Positions 1 to 12,942 of a DNA stretch of 64,000 nt are shown here, piece after piece. The notes under the pieces were generated by a model that made no database searches, had not been told where the DNA came from, and saw only the letters and a program-made list of their open reading frames with translations. How positions within the stretch are numbered: position 1 is the first letter of the stretch; each line of letters opens with the position of its first letter. Origin of the DNA: Phoronis australis (taxonomy: Eukaryota; Animalia; Phoronida). Location of the stretch: the NCBI GenBank assembly GCA_002633005.1, contig NMRA01000383.1, positions 136,951 through 200,950 of the forward strand. Reading direction: 5' to 3'. The translations under genes were made by a program, and so were the position numbers.

Positions 1-599
1 GGAAACAATGTGGGCATTACCAACAAGCCTTTGAAGAATGTAAAAGGCAATTTTAGTGATTATTATTAGTGCAAAATTGGTGAGATTTTACGGTATATCC
101 AATATATTGCAAGCTCAATATAGCAAAGTGGAAAGACTAACAGCTATAGCCATATCAGACTTTTGATCCTGAGTAGTAAAATGCGTCATTGATCATATTT
201 AATTTGTCTAGGGAGGAGGGATTCGCGGATTACATTTGATTTAATGCTATTAATAGGCCAGTTTCACGACCTACAATTTTACTTAATTGAAGCTGAAAAA
301 AGATGAATGATGAAGAGCTTGCAATTTCAAAAAGATTCAAGATAACTGAGATGACTTTTTGCAAATGGCGTATTCCGAGACAAAAATACTTGAGTATTCC
401 TCAAAAATGTTTGCAATTAGCAGCAACACAAAGCGAGGCTCTGTGACACACAAAAAGAACTTGAGAGACCATATAGCAGCAATCTTGAGATATTTTTCAA
501 TTTCCCAGGATTTGATCACCTGCCAACAATCAGTGTTCCAAGAAATACCACCTTGAATACCACCTGAGGATTTGTACAACCTAACACAAGGAAAAGTGG

Positions 600-945
600 A
601 GCAAAGGCAAAGTCCAGCCAAGGATCATCTCAGCCAAGGAACAGTTGAGTCAAGAACCATCTTAGCCAAGGAACAGTTGAGATAAGGATCTGCTGAGCCA
701 AGGAAAAGTCGAGCCAAGGACCATCCGAGCTAAGGAACAGCCGAGTCAAGAACCATCTGAGCCAAGAACAGTCGAGCCAAGGACCACCTGAGTCAAGGAA
801 CAGTCAAGTCGCAGACCATCTGAGCCAACGAACAGTCGAGTCAAAGACCCTCTGAGCCAAGGCCAGCAGTCAAGCCAAGGAACTGTCAAGTCAAGGAACA
901 GTCAAGCTAAGGATCAGCTAAGCCAGTACATAGTCAGCAGGCATG
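600..945. repeat. Degenerate tandem repeat, ~16-bp unit (AGCCAAGGAACAGTCG / AGTCAAGAACCATCTG) often alternating as a ~32-bp dimer
   Basis: AGYCAAGGA recurs about every 16 bp; further related units at ~1340-1385. Confidence 0.8.
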
Positions 946-3900
946 ACTGTCAATAGGAACCTTTCAAGTTTGGCATCACACATTGTAATGAATACTAGGA
1001 AGCCTCTGAAGGCTCACAGTGGGGGCTCTTTTTTCAAAGCAGGAAGAAATATACAATGTACAAAGTATATGCATTGTCGCTATTTTGACACTTGATTGAC
1101 AGCATTGTAAAAGTCTTGGTCAACACAGTTTTTTTTAGTAAAAATGCTCACCATAGAAGGCTGTTATATAAACTTAGATGTAAAAACTTTGATCTGTGCA
1201 TTTTTTGTAAAAAAAATCTGTGTGTTTGGGGGTATTGCTGGGGGTGGGGGGTTACGCGTCGGAATCATGGACGCCCTGGAATATTGGGAACCCCATTTTG
1301 GATACCCTATTTTCAAAATCCTGGATAAAGGCCTGATAGTCAGACAAGGAACAGTCGACACAAAGGGCGGTCAAGCCAAGAACTAGACACCTTACACCAG
1401 ATGTGAAGAGGACACTGACAATTCACCAGCATCAATCAATGCTCAACTGTGTATCCAGGGCTATTTCCTTTTATCCTGAGGGTCCCCCATATCATCTTGA
1501 CTTTGTAGATGAATGGTTGCAGTTAGAACACACAAACTAAGTGGCCATGCTGGCAGTATCATCAGAACTTAGGCGTGACACAAAGCAGCTTATCCAAACT
1601 ATACAGTCTAACGTACTTGTCTACAAGTGCACTACTCATTAATAAATTCACAGTTTAGCATAGTACTAAAAAGAATGATGGTTATCATTTTACAATTTTC
1701 CAATTAACACCTTGTACCTATAATTCATTCTTTTCAGAATACAAACATCAGCAGCACTAACAGATGACTAAACCAGCCGCTACAAAATGTAAATTCATAT
1801 ATTATAACGCAGAGCGTTCTAAAAGAACATATAATGTTTCAAAAAAAAAGCTTTACAACAAAACTGTGCAGAACAGCCCAGGTTGAGAACACGGACAAAT
1901 CTGTTTCCTCCCTAAAGAACAGTAGGATTGTTCTCACTCGCAGCAAAATCGTTTCTTCATAGGCCACATTACTTTTCAATACATCACATGAGAACACCTT
2001 TTATGTTCACAACCCAGTGTCATCTAGAACAACTATTTTCTTTCAGACAAGAAATTTGTGAGAAAAGCAGACTGGCAATTATGTAACGCCTTTTCACCCA
2101 CCCAATAACGCATCATCAAAAGTTCCCGAATCACTAGAAAAATCGTACCTTTGTAATTATTACTGTTTGGGATTGTTCACACTTCTAATAAGTACTTCTA
2201 AGAATACTGCTATCATAGATAATGTCAGATTTCATTTGTGGTATTGGTCCTATAAAACTAGCGCCTTCTAGTGCCTGACTTTGTTAAATGAGCAACAATT
2301 ACTAGGCAGTGATTTTATCTATTGTCTTGACTTATGAAATAAATTAATACTAAAAAAAACTATACTAAGCATCTCCAAATTGAGTGACATATTTCAGTAA
2401 TCGTAATAACAATAAGAAAAAGAAAATCTCCAAAGTTTTTTGGCTTCATCTTTCTATATTTTGAAACATGAACGACTGCAAAAAATTTATTTACTATGGC
2501 AACCAGCACATTTACTCACAATGGCAACCAGCACATTTGGAATTTACATGTTTGTCCATGACTGTGTTAATGTATCAGTGAAGCTAAGATGAACAGTCTT
2601 GCACACTATTCTAAGTTCAGAAATACAACTGAAGATATGAAAACCACCAGTTTCATTTTTGAATTATCATCCCCTATTTTCAAATGAAAAAATTACTCTA
2701 AGATTTGCTTCATTTTTCCGGTGTCAGTTTAAAGATTTTCAGACTGTTTTCATGGATACCAAGATAACTGAAGTGGACCCCATCAATTTTCGAAAAGAGA
2801 GCCTACTGGACACCAGTGTTTGGACAAGTAAAGGGAACGCTTAACCATGAGAATACTGGTTAAGAGGAAGTGAACCAGCAAGCTGGGAAACTGTCGACAC
2901 TCAGAGCATAGCTTCAAATGCCCATTAATGTCAATGAATGCAGTAACTAAATAGCAATTAACAAGATTAAAGACAAGGTAACTATTGTTTATAGCCAAGG
3001 TTAATGATATATGTATTGTACGTAGGTACAAACTGATTCACAACTATCAACAAAAAAAATGCGTTACACTACTTGACAAAGATTACTAGCGAAAAAGATA
3101 CATCTTGATTCACAGCAATTATTGACAATCAAGAGCAGAGTTTTCATACAACGTCAAAAAAGTAAGGTGTTAAGTTCAATAGACATAAACGGTAATAAAA
3201 TGAGAATAAAACATGAGATTCACGGAAAATTTTGGGACGTTTGGATAAATAATAGGAACTGAATAACTCTTTAGATAACGTGATACTATTTTTGCAGAAA
3301 ATTAATTTGCCAAAATCTAAGCTTTCCCAAAACTGGCAAATTTAGCTAATATAAATCCGTCACCATTTTTCCCCCCGAGTGTTGTTATTGCAAAATCGCC
3401 ATCTTTGTTGAAAATTCCTTAAGTCACTCGTCAGTTCGTGCATTTCAAATAAAGGTGAATAATTCGTAGGGGTTCTTCAAATTATTATATTTGTAATCCA
3501 ACTACAGATCCAGTCCATTAGTCCGTCCAAGTCACTAAATAAGGGCAAACGCGCAATTCACAGAGGTGCTCCCGTTCTTTTTTTAGTCCGCCCGCCCTTT
3601 TGTTAGCAAATAGTCCACAACTTCGGGAACTCGAGCCCCCCATATTTAACGCTGTGTGCGCGCATGAGATCCAGGAACTGACGAAGCACTCCAGGATGTG
3701 GCTACAAAGACAGCAACTTAGCAACAACAGAGCACGTGATCAAATGGTGACAAATTTGTTTGATATCGATTTGCGAAAAGCTACAAATTCAGCAAATTAA
3801 TTTTTTACAAAATGGTACCTGAAAAAATTTCAGTTCATGTTATTGGGCCCTATTCACAACTTGCACACTTGGTGGCACTGCATAAATGATTGTTGTTCAG

Positions 3901-4256
3901 GACACAACGCCTCATTTTAGCATCGATTTTAACAATGCAAACATGAAAATATGCAGGTTCCAAACATGCAGAACCATTGTAGTTGGGAAATAATGCCTCG
4001 TTTTCAAGTATAATGGCGAATTTGTGCAAGTGGCGAATGTCCAAAACTCGCATTATTTTCTTTTAAGCATCTCTTAAAGAGCCGCAGTATTATAGTGATC
4101 ACATTGTGCTATCAAGAAGACAATTAATCAACGGCTGATCTCCATTTAACTGCACAGCAAGCAATTCAATGACAAGACAGCCTGCCTGGGGTTATACTCA
4201 TTTGTTGTGATATCCTAGACAAATACCATCTCCAACACCATTATCACTGAACCTAC

Positions 4257-4362
4257 CTGGCATCTGGAACATCCCGTGGTGAACTGCAGCGTATGGTCCA
4301 TACTGGTGGTAGCGTGCAGGCAGGGGGGCCCGCGACCTGCCGTACATTGAGTGGTGTGACAT
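4257..4362 (-). CDS. Candidate small coding exon of the GSE1-like gene (alternative first exon or internal exon): MSHHSMYGRSRAPLPARYHQYGPYAAVHHGMFQMP-G
   Basis: GC-rich open frame ending at a strong donor CCAG|GTAGGT (intron begins 4256), phase 1. A possible weak acceptor CACAG| would start the exon at 4379. Confidence 0.45.
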
Positions 4363-5198
4363 GTGAGACAACAACACCACTGTGTGTCTATGTTTAATGA
4401 AAATATGCGTTGTAACCGACACAATTTGTGGCTCTTTACTCGATAATTTAAAACTACCCAGAACAGTATTGATTCAAGACAACTCACACACATAGTTCAC
4501 GCAGGCAGTTCATAGTAGGGGTGGGCAGGATCTGTATGCGGATCGATCTCATTCCAAACACGGGGGTGTCAAGTTGCACAACAAATTTACTCCTATTGAT
4601 TTCTCTTGGCCTGTCCAGGCTACATGCTGAAGACTGGAGTAGATAATTTTACATAAAACCCTGTTGACAGAATCACGCCATTCCACCCAGGTTAAGGCTG
4701 CTATGGGCACAAAAGTAACTTGTTAAAATTTGGCTAATGAGACTGAGGTCTTAAGTGATCACAATTGCAGAGCAACAAGGGCTAATGAAAAATTAATAAA
4801 CAAATGCATTAAATCATGTGGTACGAGAATGGGTACATAGTAAAAATGCTGGTACCTGGATGTTTCCAATAACAACCATTTAAAGTGAATAATTAATCAC
4901 GGGAAAATAATCAGTCTAAGCAGTGTTTCAGACAAGCAATATTGTCCGTTCCCGAAAAGGTGTGGCGTGTCAGCTGATGAGTTAAGCGAGTGTACTGTTG
5001 CATTCATATAAGTGTCAACAACATACAAGCATTCAATTCCTGCCAAATTCATCTTAAGTCAAAACAATCTGAACTTCCCATAATAACAGACTTTGTTGAG
5101 TTCTGTCAGTTAGCATTTGCACGTGTTGAGTTTATATTAATTTTATTGTGGGCTGCTAAAAACTGGCATCCCATATAACTAAAATTCCTGAGTTAGCA

Positions 5199-5342
5199 CA
5201 GGTGGATCCAGGGGGATCCGGGCCCTTTTTTTACCTTGATTTTAGCGATATCATATTCAGAATTTTCAAACTGTTGACTTAGACGCCCCTTTTTAGAAAA
5301 ATCCTTGATCCCCCCTTTTAAAAAATCCTGGATCCGCCCCTG
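5199..5342. mobile_element. Short MITE-like element with GGATCC-containing terminal inverted repeats
   Basis: Left CAGGTGGATCCAGG, right CCTGGATCCGCCCCTG; a related decayed copy lies at ~42223-42390. Confidence 0.55.
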
Positions 5343-7364
5343 GTCAGTTCTTTTACCAACCACTTCTGTTTGTACTTATTAACACAGTCGTTCCACTTGG
5401 CATTCCCTATAGCTTTGCATTTAGTCGCATGACATGGGACTGAGGGAAGAAGTCACATTGGTTATGTAAAGGTGATTTTTGATTGGTGAATGAACATTTT
5501 CATTCCTCCAATTTCTACGAAGTATCGGACGAAAAGCTGCACAAAGCTGAAGCCGTTTGACTGTCCACAGCTTGTCACCAGACACGTTGTCACAGCATGT
5601 TGCTGAGACAATCACACAGCCAACATGTCGTAGAACTTAACAGCTGAAAATGTCCCTCATATGAAATCGGCTCAACTCGATTTACCTGTAGGAAATAAGA
5701 CAATAATTTATTTTGTTCTGAAATGAGTTTTTAAATGATTCCATACCTTGGCTTTTATTACCTGACGAAAAAGGTTTCACTTAATTTGCATGCATGCTAC
5801 AAATCACACTTTTTGTCCAAACTACATGAAATTCACACACATCATGTATCTACCAAATACCGAGGCCTGGTTTGTGGAGCCATAGTTCCACTGTCTCCGG
5901 TGTGATTTTTCAGATTTTTTTTCTGTGGACTATAGAGAGTGAGCAATTTGTTTTTCTCTCGCACATACCGTTCTCAAGTTATTTGAGATTTTTTGGTGAT
6001 TGATCGGTAATTGATGGGATTTTCGTGTGGTAACGACGGCACCATTGACACATCTTTCTACAAATTTGAGTACAGATAGATATGGTCAAGAGCTACCTGC
6101 AATGTGCCGTCCATTTCTCACTACAACTTACTGTTCTCAAGACATCCAATATTTACTGGTCACATGACTGCTACCTTATTAACATATTTCTTGATGCACT
6201 TTGGTCACCCATCATATTTGTGCAACAAATCACACTTTTCATTTGATTGACATTAATTTGACGTACACTGTTTATCTAATTAAAATCAGAGGATTCTGGT
6301 TTGTGAGCGAAACAAGATGGCACTGTGACGGTCATTTTTTAAATAATGTTTAAGCAGGTCTAGCTTTGCGATTCTTTGACCAAACCTTCTCACATTTAAT
6401 ATTTAAATAGATCTCCTCAAGGGCTATCTGCAGTACATTATTGGTTTCTCGAGTTATTCCAGATTTTCCTTCTGATTTGACGATGGTCTTTTTTGACTAA
6501 TTACCAAAAAGTACATTTAATGGTTTATAATTTATTGTGCATAGGTGCAATAGGGAAGGGGCTGCTTGTGTTCTAGGTTTCATCTAAAATTTCATTCCAT
6601 TTCGCCAAGTGTCGCTCCTTAAAGAACTTCATTTTATTTTCATTATTACGCACATCTGTTGAGTTTCATGCAAAATTTACATTCAAGAAGAAGCCTATGG
6701 TTGCCATGTTGTATTTTTCATATAAGCTGGGATGCCTTCTAAACAGACTGAACAAACATTACAAGGCTTGCCATATACATTCTCTAAGAAATACTCTAAT
6801 AAATGAATAGTAACAATATTTTGACCACTATACAGAATTTGAGATATTGAGTTTTATTGGTAAAAATGACAAAACTTTGGTTACTGTTTGCACACTACAG
6901 GTATCTAGCAAACATCTCAAAACTTACTGTTAATCGTCACCATCAGATTTGATAAGGCAGACGTAGTGGCCATTTTGTTTTCAAAGTTGCACTTGAACCC
7001 TTCTACATCCTACATTTTTCATTACGCCACATTCAAAATCGGCAAGTACACAAAAGTTTAACGTCATCTCCCTAGATTACAGACGCTTTAACATTATGAC
7101 TACCAAAAATAATCCATCGTTTTCATTCTTTATCTCAAGAAAGTACAATCAGTGAAGGTTGGTAATCAAAGCCCATTCTATAAACATAAACAGTAACTAC
7201 TACACAGCAGATTATGTTTATTTCTTTATGAACTGTGACTGTTATGACACAGCATAAGCATCATGGGTTCCTTTGCTGAAATGTGTTTGTTGGCAATCTC
7301 CATGGTGTGCAAAATTTTGTGATATCCCGCAACGTCATTGCGTGCATTATCTTGCCGTGTTATA

Positions 7365-7623
7365 CCGTAATCGTTCGGGTTAACGCCCTGGGCGGTTAAA
7401 TTGGCAAACTCAAAAAATCGGGGGTGGGCGGTTAACCAGACATGGGCGCTTAAACGTGAAATTTCAAGAAATCCAGGGTGGGCGGTTAACCGAACATGGG
7501 CGCNGAAATCTTCAAAAATCGTAGGGGGGCGCTTAACTGAGCAGTGGGCGGTTAAATCGAAAATCCACCTAAAGTAGGGGTGGGCGGTTAACTGAGCATG
7601 GGCGTTAACCCGAACGATTACGG
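7365..7623. mobile_element. MITE with TA target duplication (Tc1/mariner/pogo-type non-autonomous)
   Basis: Perfect 24-bp TIR CCGTAATCGTTCGGGTTAACGCCC...GGGCGTTAACCCGAACGATTACGG flanked by TA on both sides; internal GGGCGGTTAA repeats. Confidence 0.85.
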
Positions 7624-7750
7624 TATTAGATTTTTCTGGCTGTCGCATAAATATGTTATGTAAGCGACTTTTCTGATTGGGAAAGCGACATCCAAGGCAA
7701 TTAAGGACTAATTTGATTGGCACTGAAATTAGAAACATTTCGCAAAACAA

Positions 7751-7787
<37 letters not shown>
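7751..7787. repeat. (TG)n(CG)n microsatellite
   Basis: Direct reading of sequence. Confidence 0.95.
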
Positions 7788-7788
<1 letters not shown>

Positions 7789-10577
7789 AAATGCTAACCT
7801 GCTAACCTCTCTGTACAAACCGATCTCACTAGTGGAGGTCTAGGCAGCAGTTCATCGTTGCATCTTCAGCCAAATGCCCATGACCCAAATATGGGTAAGC
7901 GCACGACACAGTTTTTAAAATGTGTGATACGTTTTTAACTTTTCCATGTCTCTAATTCATTTCTTAGAGCAGCTATGTATGTCTAAGATCGTTTTGTTGT
8001 TGATAGGATAATTTTTTACCCTTCTTGAGTTGACTTCGTCAAGGGTCACTCTTCAGATCATTTTCATTTCATGTCTTGGGGAATGCTATTACAATTGTAC
8101 ACAGAAGTGATGTTCAGCAGGTTCAAAGCAAGTGTTACATTGTAAACTTGTGCACTGTTCATTCAGTGAATAACTTCTACCAGTGTTTTGAATTTCCTGG
8201 AACCATTAAAGGCAAATGCAGCCATAAAACCTGTTAACCATTCATGGTTGCAATACGAGTCACAAAAACAAATTCTAAATCTTTAGTTTGAAAGTCTGTC
8301 TATTCATTCTGAATAGACGCAATAACCCAAAGAACATCTATCAAAAGCTGCTTAGTAACACAAAAATAACCTAATATGAAAAAGGAATGCGGGCATGTGA
8401 ACAAGCTAACTTGGTATAATGTTGACATAATGGCGCCAAGCTCTAACATCACGCAGGTAGGATGCAGGTATCCATAACGTAACAAGACATCAGCAATCTC
8501 ACTCAATGCGACGTGTCAATTTCTCATATAAGAACCTAAGTGACAACATTTCAGTAAAAGATAATGAGCGATTAATCAAAAACAGTAATTATTGATAAAT
8601 TTTTTAAAAATTCCCCATTTTCATTAAATTTCTGCTGAAAATTATATTTAATGATAATCCCTTTCGTTTTTGTTACAACCTTCTATTGAGAAATATTTGC
8701 CTACTCTTGACACCATAACAAGCACCATTTTAGCTAAATTCTTAATATACATAACTAACAATTGTAGCACAAGTTCATCAAATTAATAAAACCACCACTG
8801 ATTCCATGTTCTATGTAACAGTATTTAATCGATTTTTCCGCCTTCAATCCTTTTCTAAGGGGCTGCAGACAACGTGTTCTGCGCAGTGTCCAATACACAC
8901 GAGACTTCTGACCAATCAGATACACGCGTCCCCAGAGAGCACGCGCGGCTGACAAAAGTGAACAAACGTAATTTACAGACGATGAGCATTACTCCCATGC
9001 TCATTCAAAAGTGGTGTGATCTATTGTCTTTGCTAGTTATAAAATAATAACCACCAAGTCCCTTGTGAGGTAGTTAGTTAGTACATATGAATGGCCATGT
9101 GCACGCAGGTTTTCAGTCCATGTATAAGGTCAAGAGTTGAGCACAGAAAAAATCAAGTAAAAAATGCAAAACTATAATTGCTCAATAGTAGGAAAACTAC
9201 AGAAAGGATGTACTATAAAACTAACCAGACAACTTCAATATCAAGATACTTTTAGTCTAAATAATTTCCATCTCTTAACTTTTAAGAAAACTGGAAGACT
9301 AAAAAAATAAAGACCAAATATGAGACATCTAAACAAGGGAATAAGTACTGTCATATTCAGTGAAGCATCTGATGAAACAAGATTTTGTAGAGACAAATAA
9401 CTGCAAAACAGATGTAGTACATATACATTCATTCACTGACAACGCCATCTATTGGTAACCATTTTCAAAAATAGGCATTGCCATCTATTGGTGAAAGAAA
9501 ACAATGCTGGTATGAGCACTACACATCAGCTAGGTCCATAAAACAATATACTCTTAACAGGAGATGAATTGTAATGAGCAAAAAATAAAACTTTGAAATT
9601 CTGCTCCTTTATTCCATAAGTTACATAAACATGTATGTCATTTTTTCTTAAGGTCTTTTTGCACAAGAACCCTGCTATCAAATTCTGACAGCCTAGTTCT
9701 TGTGCTAAAAGGCCTTAACAGAAAATTCCAGACACCCTTCCATAACTAATAGACTAAAGAAACATAATATGCAAGTTTTGCAATTAAACTTGCGTCTCAT
9801 ACAGCAATACCATGAAAAACCACAACTTTCATAAAAAGCAGTCGCACGATAACAATATGCCTATAATAAGAGTCTGTGAACATCAAGAGTTTTAAAAATA
9901 GTTTTATGGGTTTGAAATTAATACCAAAATATTTGAAAGAATTGAATTTTTGTTAAAGCTGCATTTCGCTTGTTCAACTTGTTGAAAAACAAAACTCGAA
10001 TGAGGTCCATTACTCTTGCCAAATCAGTCTCAAGAATTTCCTTACGATGATAGGAGGTAGAGTGTGGCCTAATGGGTCTGATTCCTGTTCACGAGCTCGT
10101 AGTTCTGAATCCCACTAGACCCCACAGCTAGACCCTTCAAACAAGTTTGGACAACCTCAGCTTGGTCGTGATTTGTGTATATGTCTATATGTGTTATGTG
10201 TTAATACTAATCGATGAAAATGATTTCAGGTGTTAAATGCAATGGGCCTGGATGAGTAGTTTGCACACATCTATACAACGAGCATCAGACCACATGTATT
10301 TTTTTAATAGGACTTGTTTTCTGTTACCAAGAAAAACATATAAACCCTCTACAGGCCGAGAAAAAGATTGGACAACTTTTGCTTAGATTGGGGTTGACCA
10401 ACCCTGAAAGTAAAAAATGGGGCACAGGGAATCCCATTAATTATATAGGTCAGTCGCGTAACACAACAATGATTTTTAGTAAATATATCAGCTGTAGATT
10501 TTGGATCTTCAAATAAGAACACAACATGTGTTAATGTGACAGGTACACAGAGCAAAATGTAGCTTTACGTAGCCATT

Positions 10578-10773
10578 TACTCTACACTGTACATGTCAGT
10601 ATCCGGACACTGTGTTTATAGAGTGTTTCACATACGGCCACATACTCTACACTGTACATGTCAGTATCCGGACACTGTGTTTATAGAGTGTTTCACATAC
10701 GGCCACATACTCTACACTGTACATGTCAGTATCCGGACTTGTGCTTATAGAGTGTTTCACATACAACCACACA
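10578..10773. repeat. 65-bp minisatellite, ~3 copies
   Basis: TACTCTACACTGTACATGTCAGTATCCGGAC at 10578, 10643 and 10708. Confidence 0.9.
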
Positions 10774-10823
10774 TAGCTATGCTTCACTCATACACACACA
10801 CCAGTATCTGGTTGTTACGGGAA

Positions 10824-10966
10824 CAGTAGTTGCTAAGGGTAGAGCAGTTGCTACAGGTAGAGCAGTTGCTAGGGGTGGAGCAGTTGCTAAGGGTAGAGCA
10901 GTTGCTAGGGGTGGAGCAGTTGCTAGGGGTGGAGCAGTTGCTAGGGGTGGAGCAGTAGTAGCTAGG
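10824..10966. repeat. 18-bp minisatellite (GAGCAGTTGCTAGGGGTG)n, ~8 copies
   Basis: Direct reading; explains the ATAPPL and NCSTPS ORF repeats. Confidence 0.9.
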
Positions 10967-11058
10967 AATGTGCATAAACAGTGTAAAAGCATTTGTACAG
11001 GATGAGACTTCACACTTGGCAAACAGTCTAAACAACAACAGCAAACTGAAATACCTAC

Positions 11059-11179
11059 CTCCATCTTGCATCGAAGTGAGACCCCCACTCTCCACCCATG
11101 CCTTGGTAGCACATAGCGCCCCCTGGTTGGTCTCTGGGAGTTTCTTTGCATCAGCTGCTCGCTCCTCCTCTTCCTCCCC
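11059..11179 (-). CDS. Candidate internal exon of the GSE1-like gene: GEEEEERAADAKKLPETNQGALCATKAWVESGGLTSMQDG-G
   Basis: Pyrimidine-rich acceptor TTTTCATTTTTTGTCCACCAG|, donor GAG|GTAGGT, 121 bp open in phase 0, matching the phase-0 end of the large exon at 22696; ends in phase 1. Confidence 0.55.
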
Positions 11180-12746
11180 CTGGTGGACAAAAAATGAAAA
11201 GTGATAAATTAATAGTCCAAAAATGCTAAGAACATTAGGGCCAACTAGAAGTTATACTACGACAAATCTGTGTGTATTATACAAGACAGAGCACAACACC
11301 CTATTTGGATGTGCGTCAGCAAAACAGACCAGAAGCTTGCAGCTGGCAATGTTTTAAACCCAACAGAGTGCTATGGCAGTACTTTCTTATTTTAAAGAAA
11401 GACATCAAGTACCCATTTCTAAACATGTCATCATTTTCAGGCTGTTTGCAGCAACTATTTAGAAAATTTATGTTGACAACACTGACAGCACTTATGTCTC
11501 AAGGACAACAGAGTTTTAAGAAAGAAGCCCAAGATCTTATTAAAGTACCAAGAATAAGCAGCAGTGTAACTGGTCTCACACTTAATGAATTCAAATAGCC
11601 ACTTGACAGTTTTACATATCACACTGTTTGTTCCAAATAGAATTGATGACAACTGAAGTGTTTCCCATGTTGAAAATGAGAAGGCACAATCATTTTTCTT
11701 CTCGGGTGAATGAGAGCTTTGATTCTGATACAAAGATCCCAAAAAATAAAACTGCCACAAGAGGGCACACTGGCAGTGGGATCACAAAAAGACCACCTAG
11801 CCATCCTCTCAGCTTTGATGGAAACAGCGACATCCATATTTCATCTTTCACGACAGTCATCATCTAAGTCACGTTCACCTCAATAGAAACACAACTGCCG
11901 AGTTTCAACGAAAATCTTTTAAGAGCGTTAGGAGATATAGCCAAAAGACATCAGCTGGCACACAGGATACTTTTTCAAACAAGTCCATGTGGGTCCGCAG
12001 CTTCAGAAATCACGGCGCATAGATCTAATTACATGCATACATTTTGAAAACGTAGATAATTAAGAAAGATTCTAAAGTAAATTAGTCTAAACATTTTGGA
12101 CAGATTCAAAAAATCAATTACGGAAATTACGCACATACCACAGTAAATGCAGGTATAAGACACTCATTATTATATAATGTACGGTACGANCCCCCCCCCC
12201 CCCGAGCATGGCTTTTCTTTGTGTTTCCGGAATTCAGGCAACATACCAACCAACATGTGAATTCTTTAACCCAACAGGGAGGCATGCCAACAATATTTCA
12301 GCAATTCAATGCCCGACTTAGAACCATAGATAACCATAGATAACCATTTTGCCAATAGATGGCAGCAAAAGTAGCAAGTAAAGGGAAATAACCATTTTCA
12401 CTGAATCGCCGAATATGACTTAGTCTAAAACATTCTAGAGTACAACAATAGATTAGCAACTCCTAGATGTGTTGTGCCATAGGAAGACAACTTTGTAGAT
12501 ACCAACATGTCCCACACACTTTGCAGATACTAAATGTCAGTGCAGATTACATAGTACATTGTGCACCCACATAAATGTCTCAACTTATAGAGTTACAGTT
12601 ATCAGACCACTTACAGAAAACTAGATGCACACCTTGACTAAGTAATTGTAGAGTTAAAACTAAATCCACATCTTGACTAAGTAATTGTAGAGTTAAAACT
12701 AAATCCACATCTCGACTAAGTAATTGTAGGGTGTTAAAACTAAATN

Positions 12747-12942
12747 GGCCGCCACGTCCGCCATTTTGTATCCGATCATGACCAAAAACAATAGCGTTCC
12801 AGTGATTCCCGATCTACATGTTGTGTGCAAATTTCGTGAAAATCGGACCAGAATTGCGACCTGTAGAGAGCGAACAAAAAAAAAAAAAAAAAAACTTGCT
12901 GTCAGAGCAACATACTTGGCGGAAGAATTCCGCCAAGTAAAA
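12747..12942 (+). mobile_element. 3' end of a Helentron-associated (HINE/DINE-like) non-autonomous element
   Basis: Terminal 12-bp hairpin TACTTGGCGGAA-GAA-TTCCGCCAAGTA (12913-12939) followed by an A run; core-repeat-like CCGCCATTTTG...AAATTTCGTGAAAATCGG upstream. Confidence 0.6.

Noticed and set aside
7226-7789. 187-aa ORF with LTAHP repeats
   Set aside because: It runs through a (CA)n microsatellite and the MITE's internal repeats, and contains an N.
10777-11190. ORFs with ATAPPL / NCSTPS repeats as mucin- or antifreeze-like proteins
   Set aside because: They are translations of an 18-bp minisatellite lying beyond a strong splice donor, i.e. intronic.
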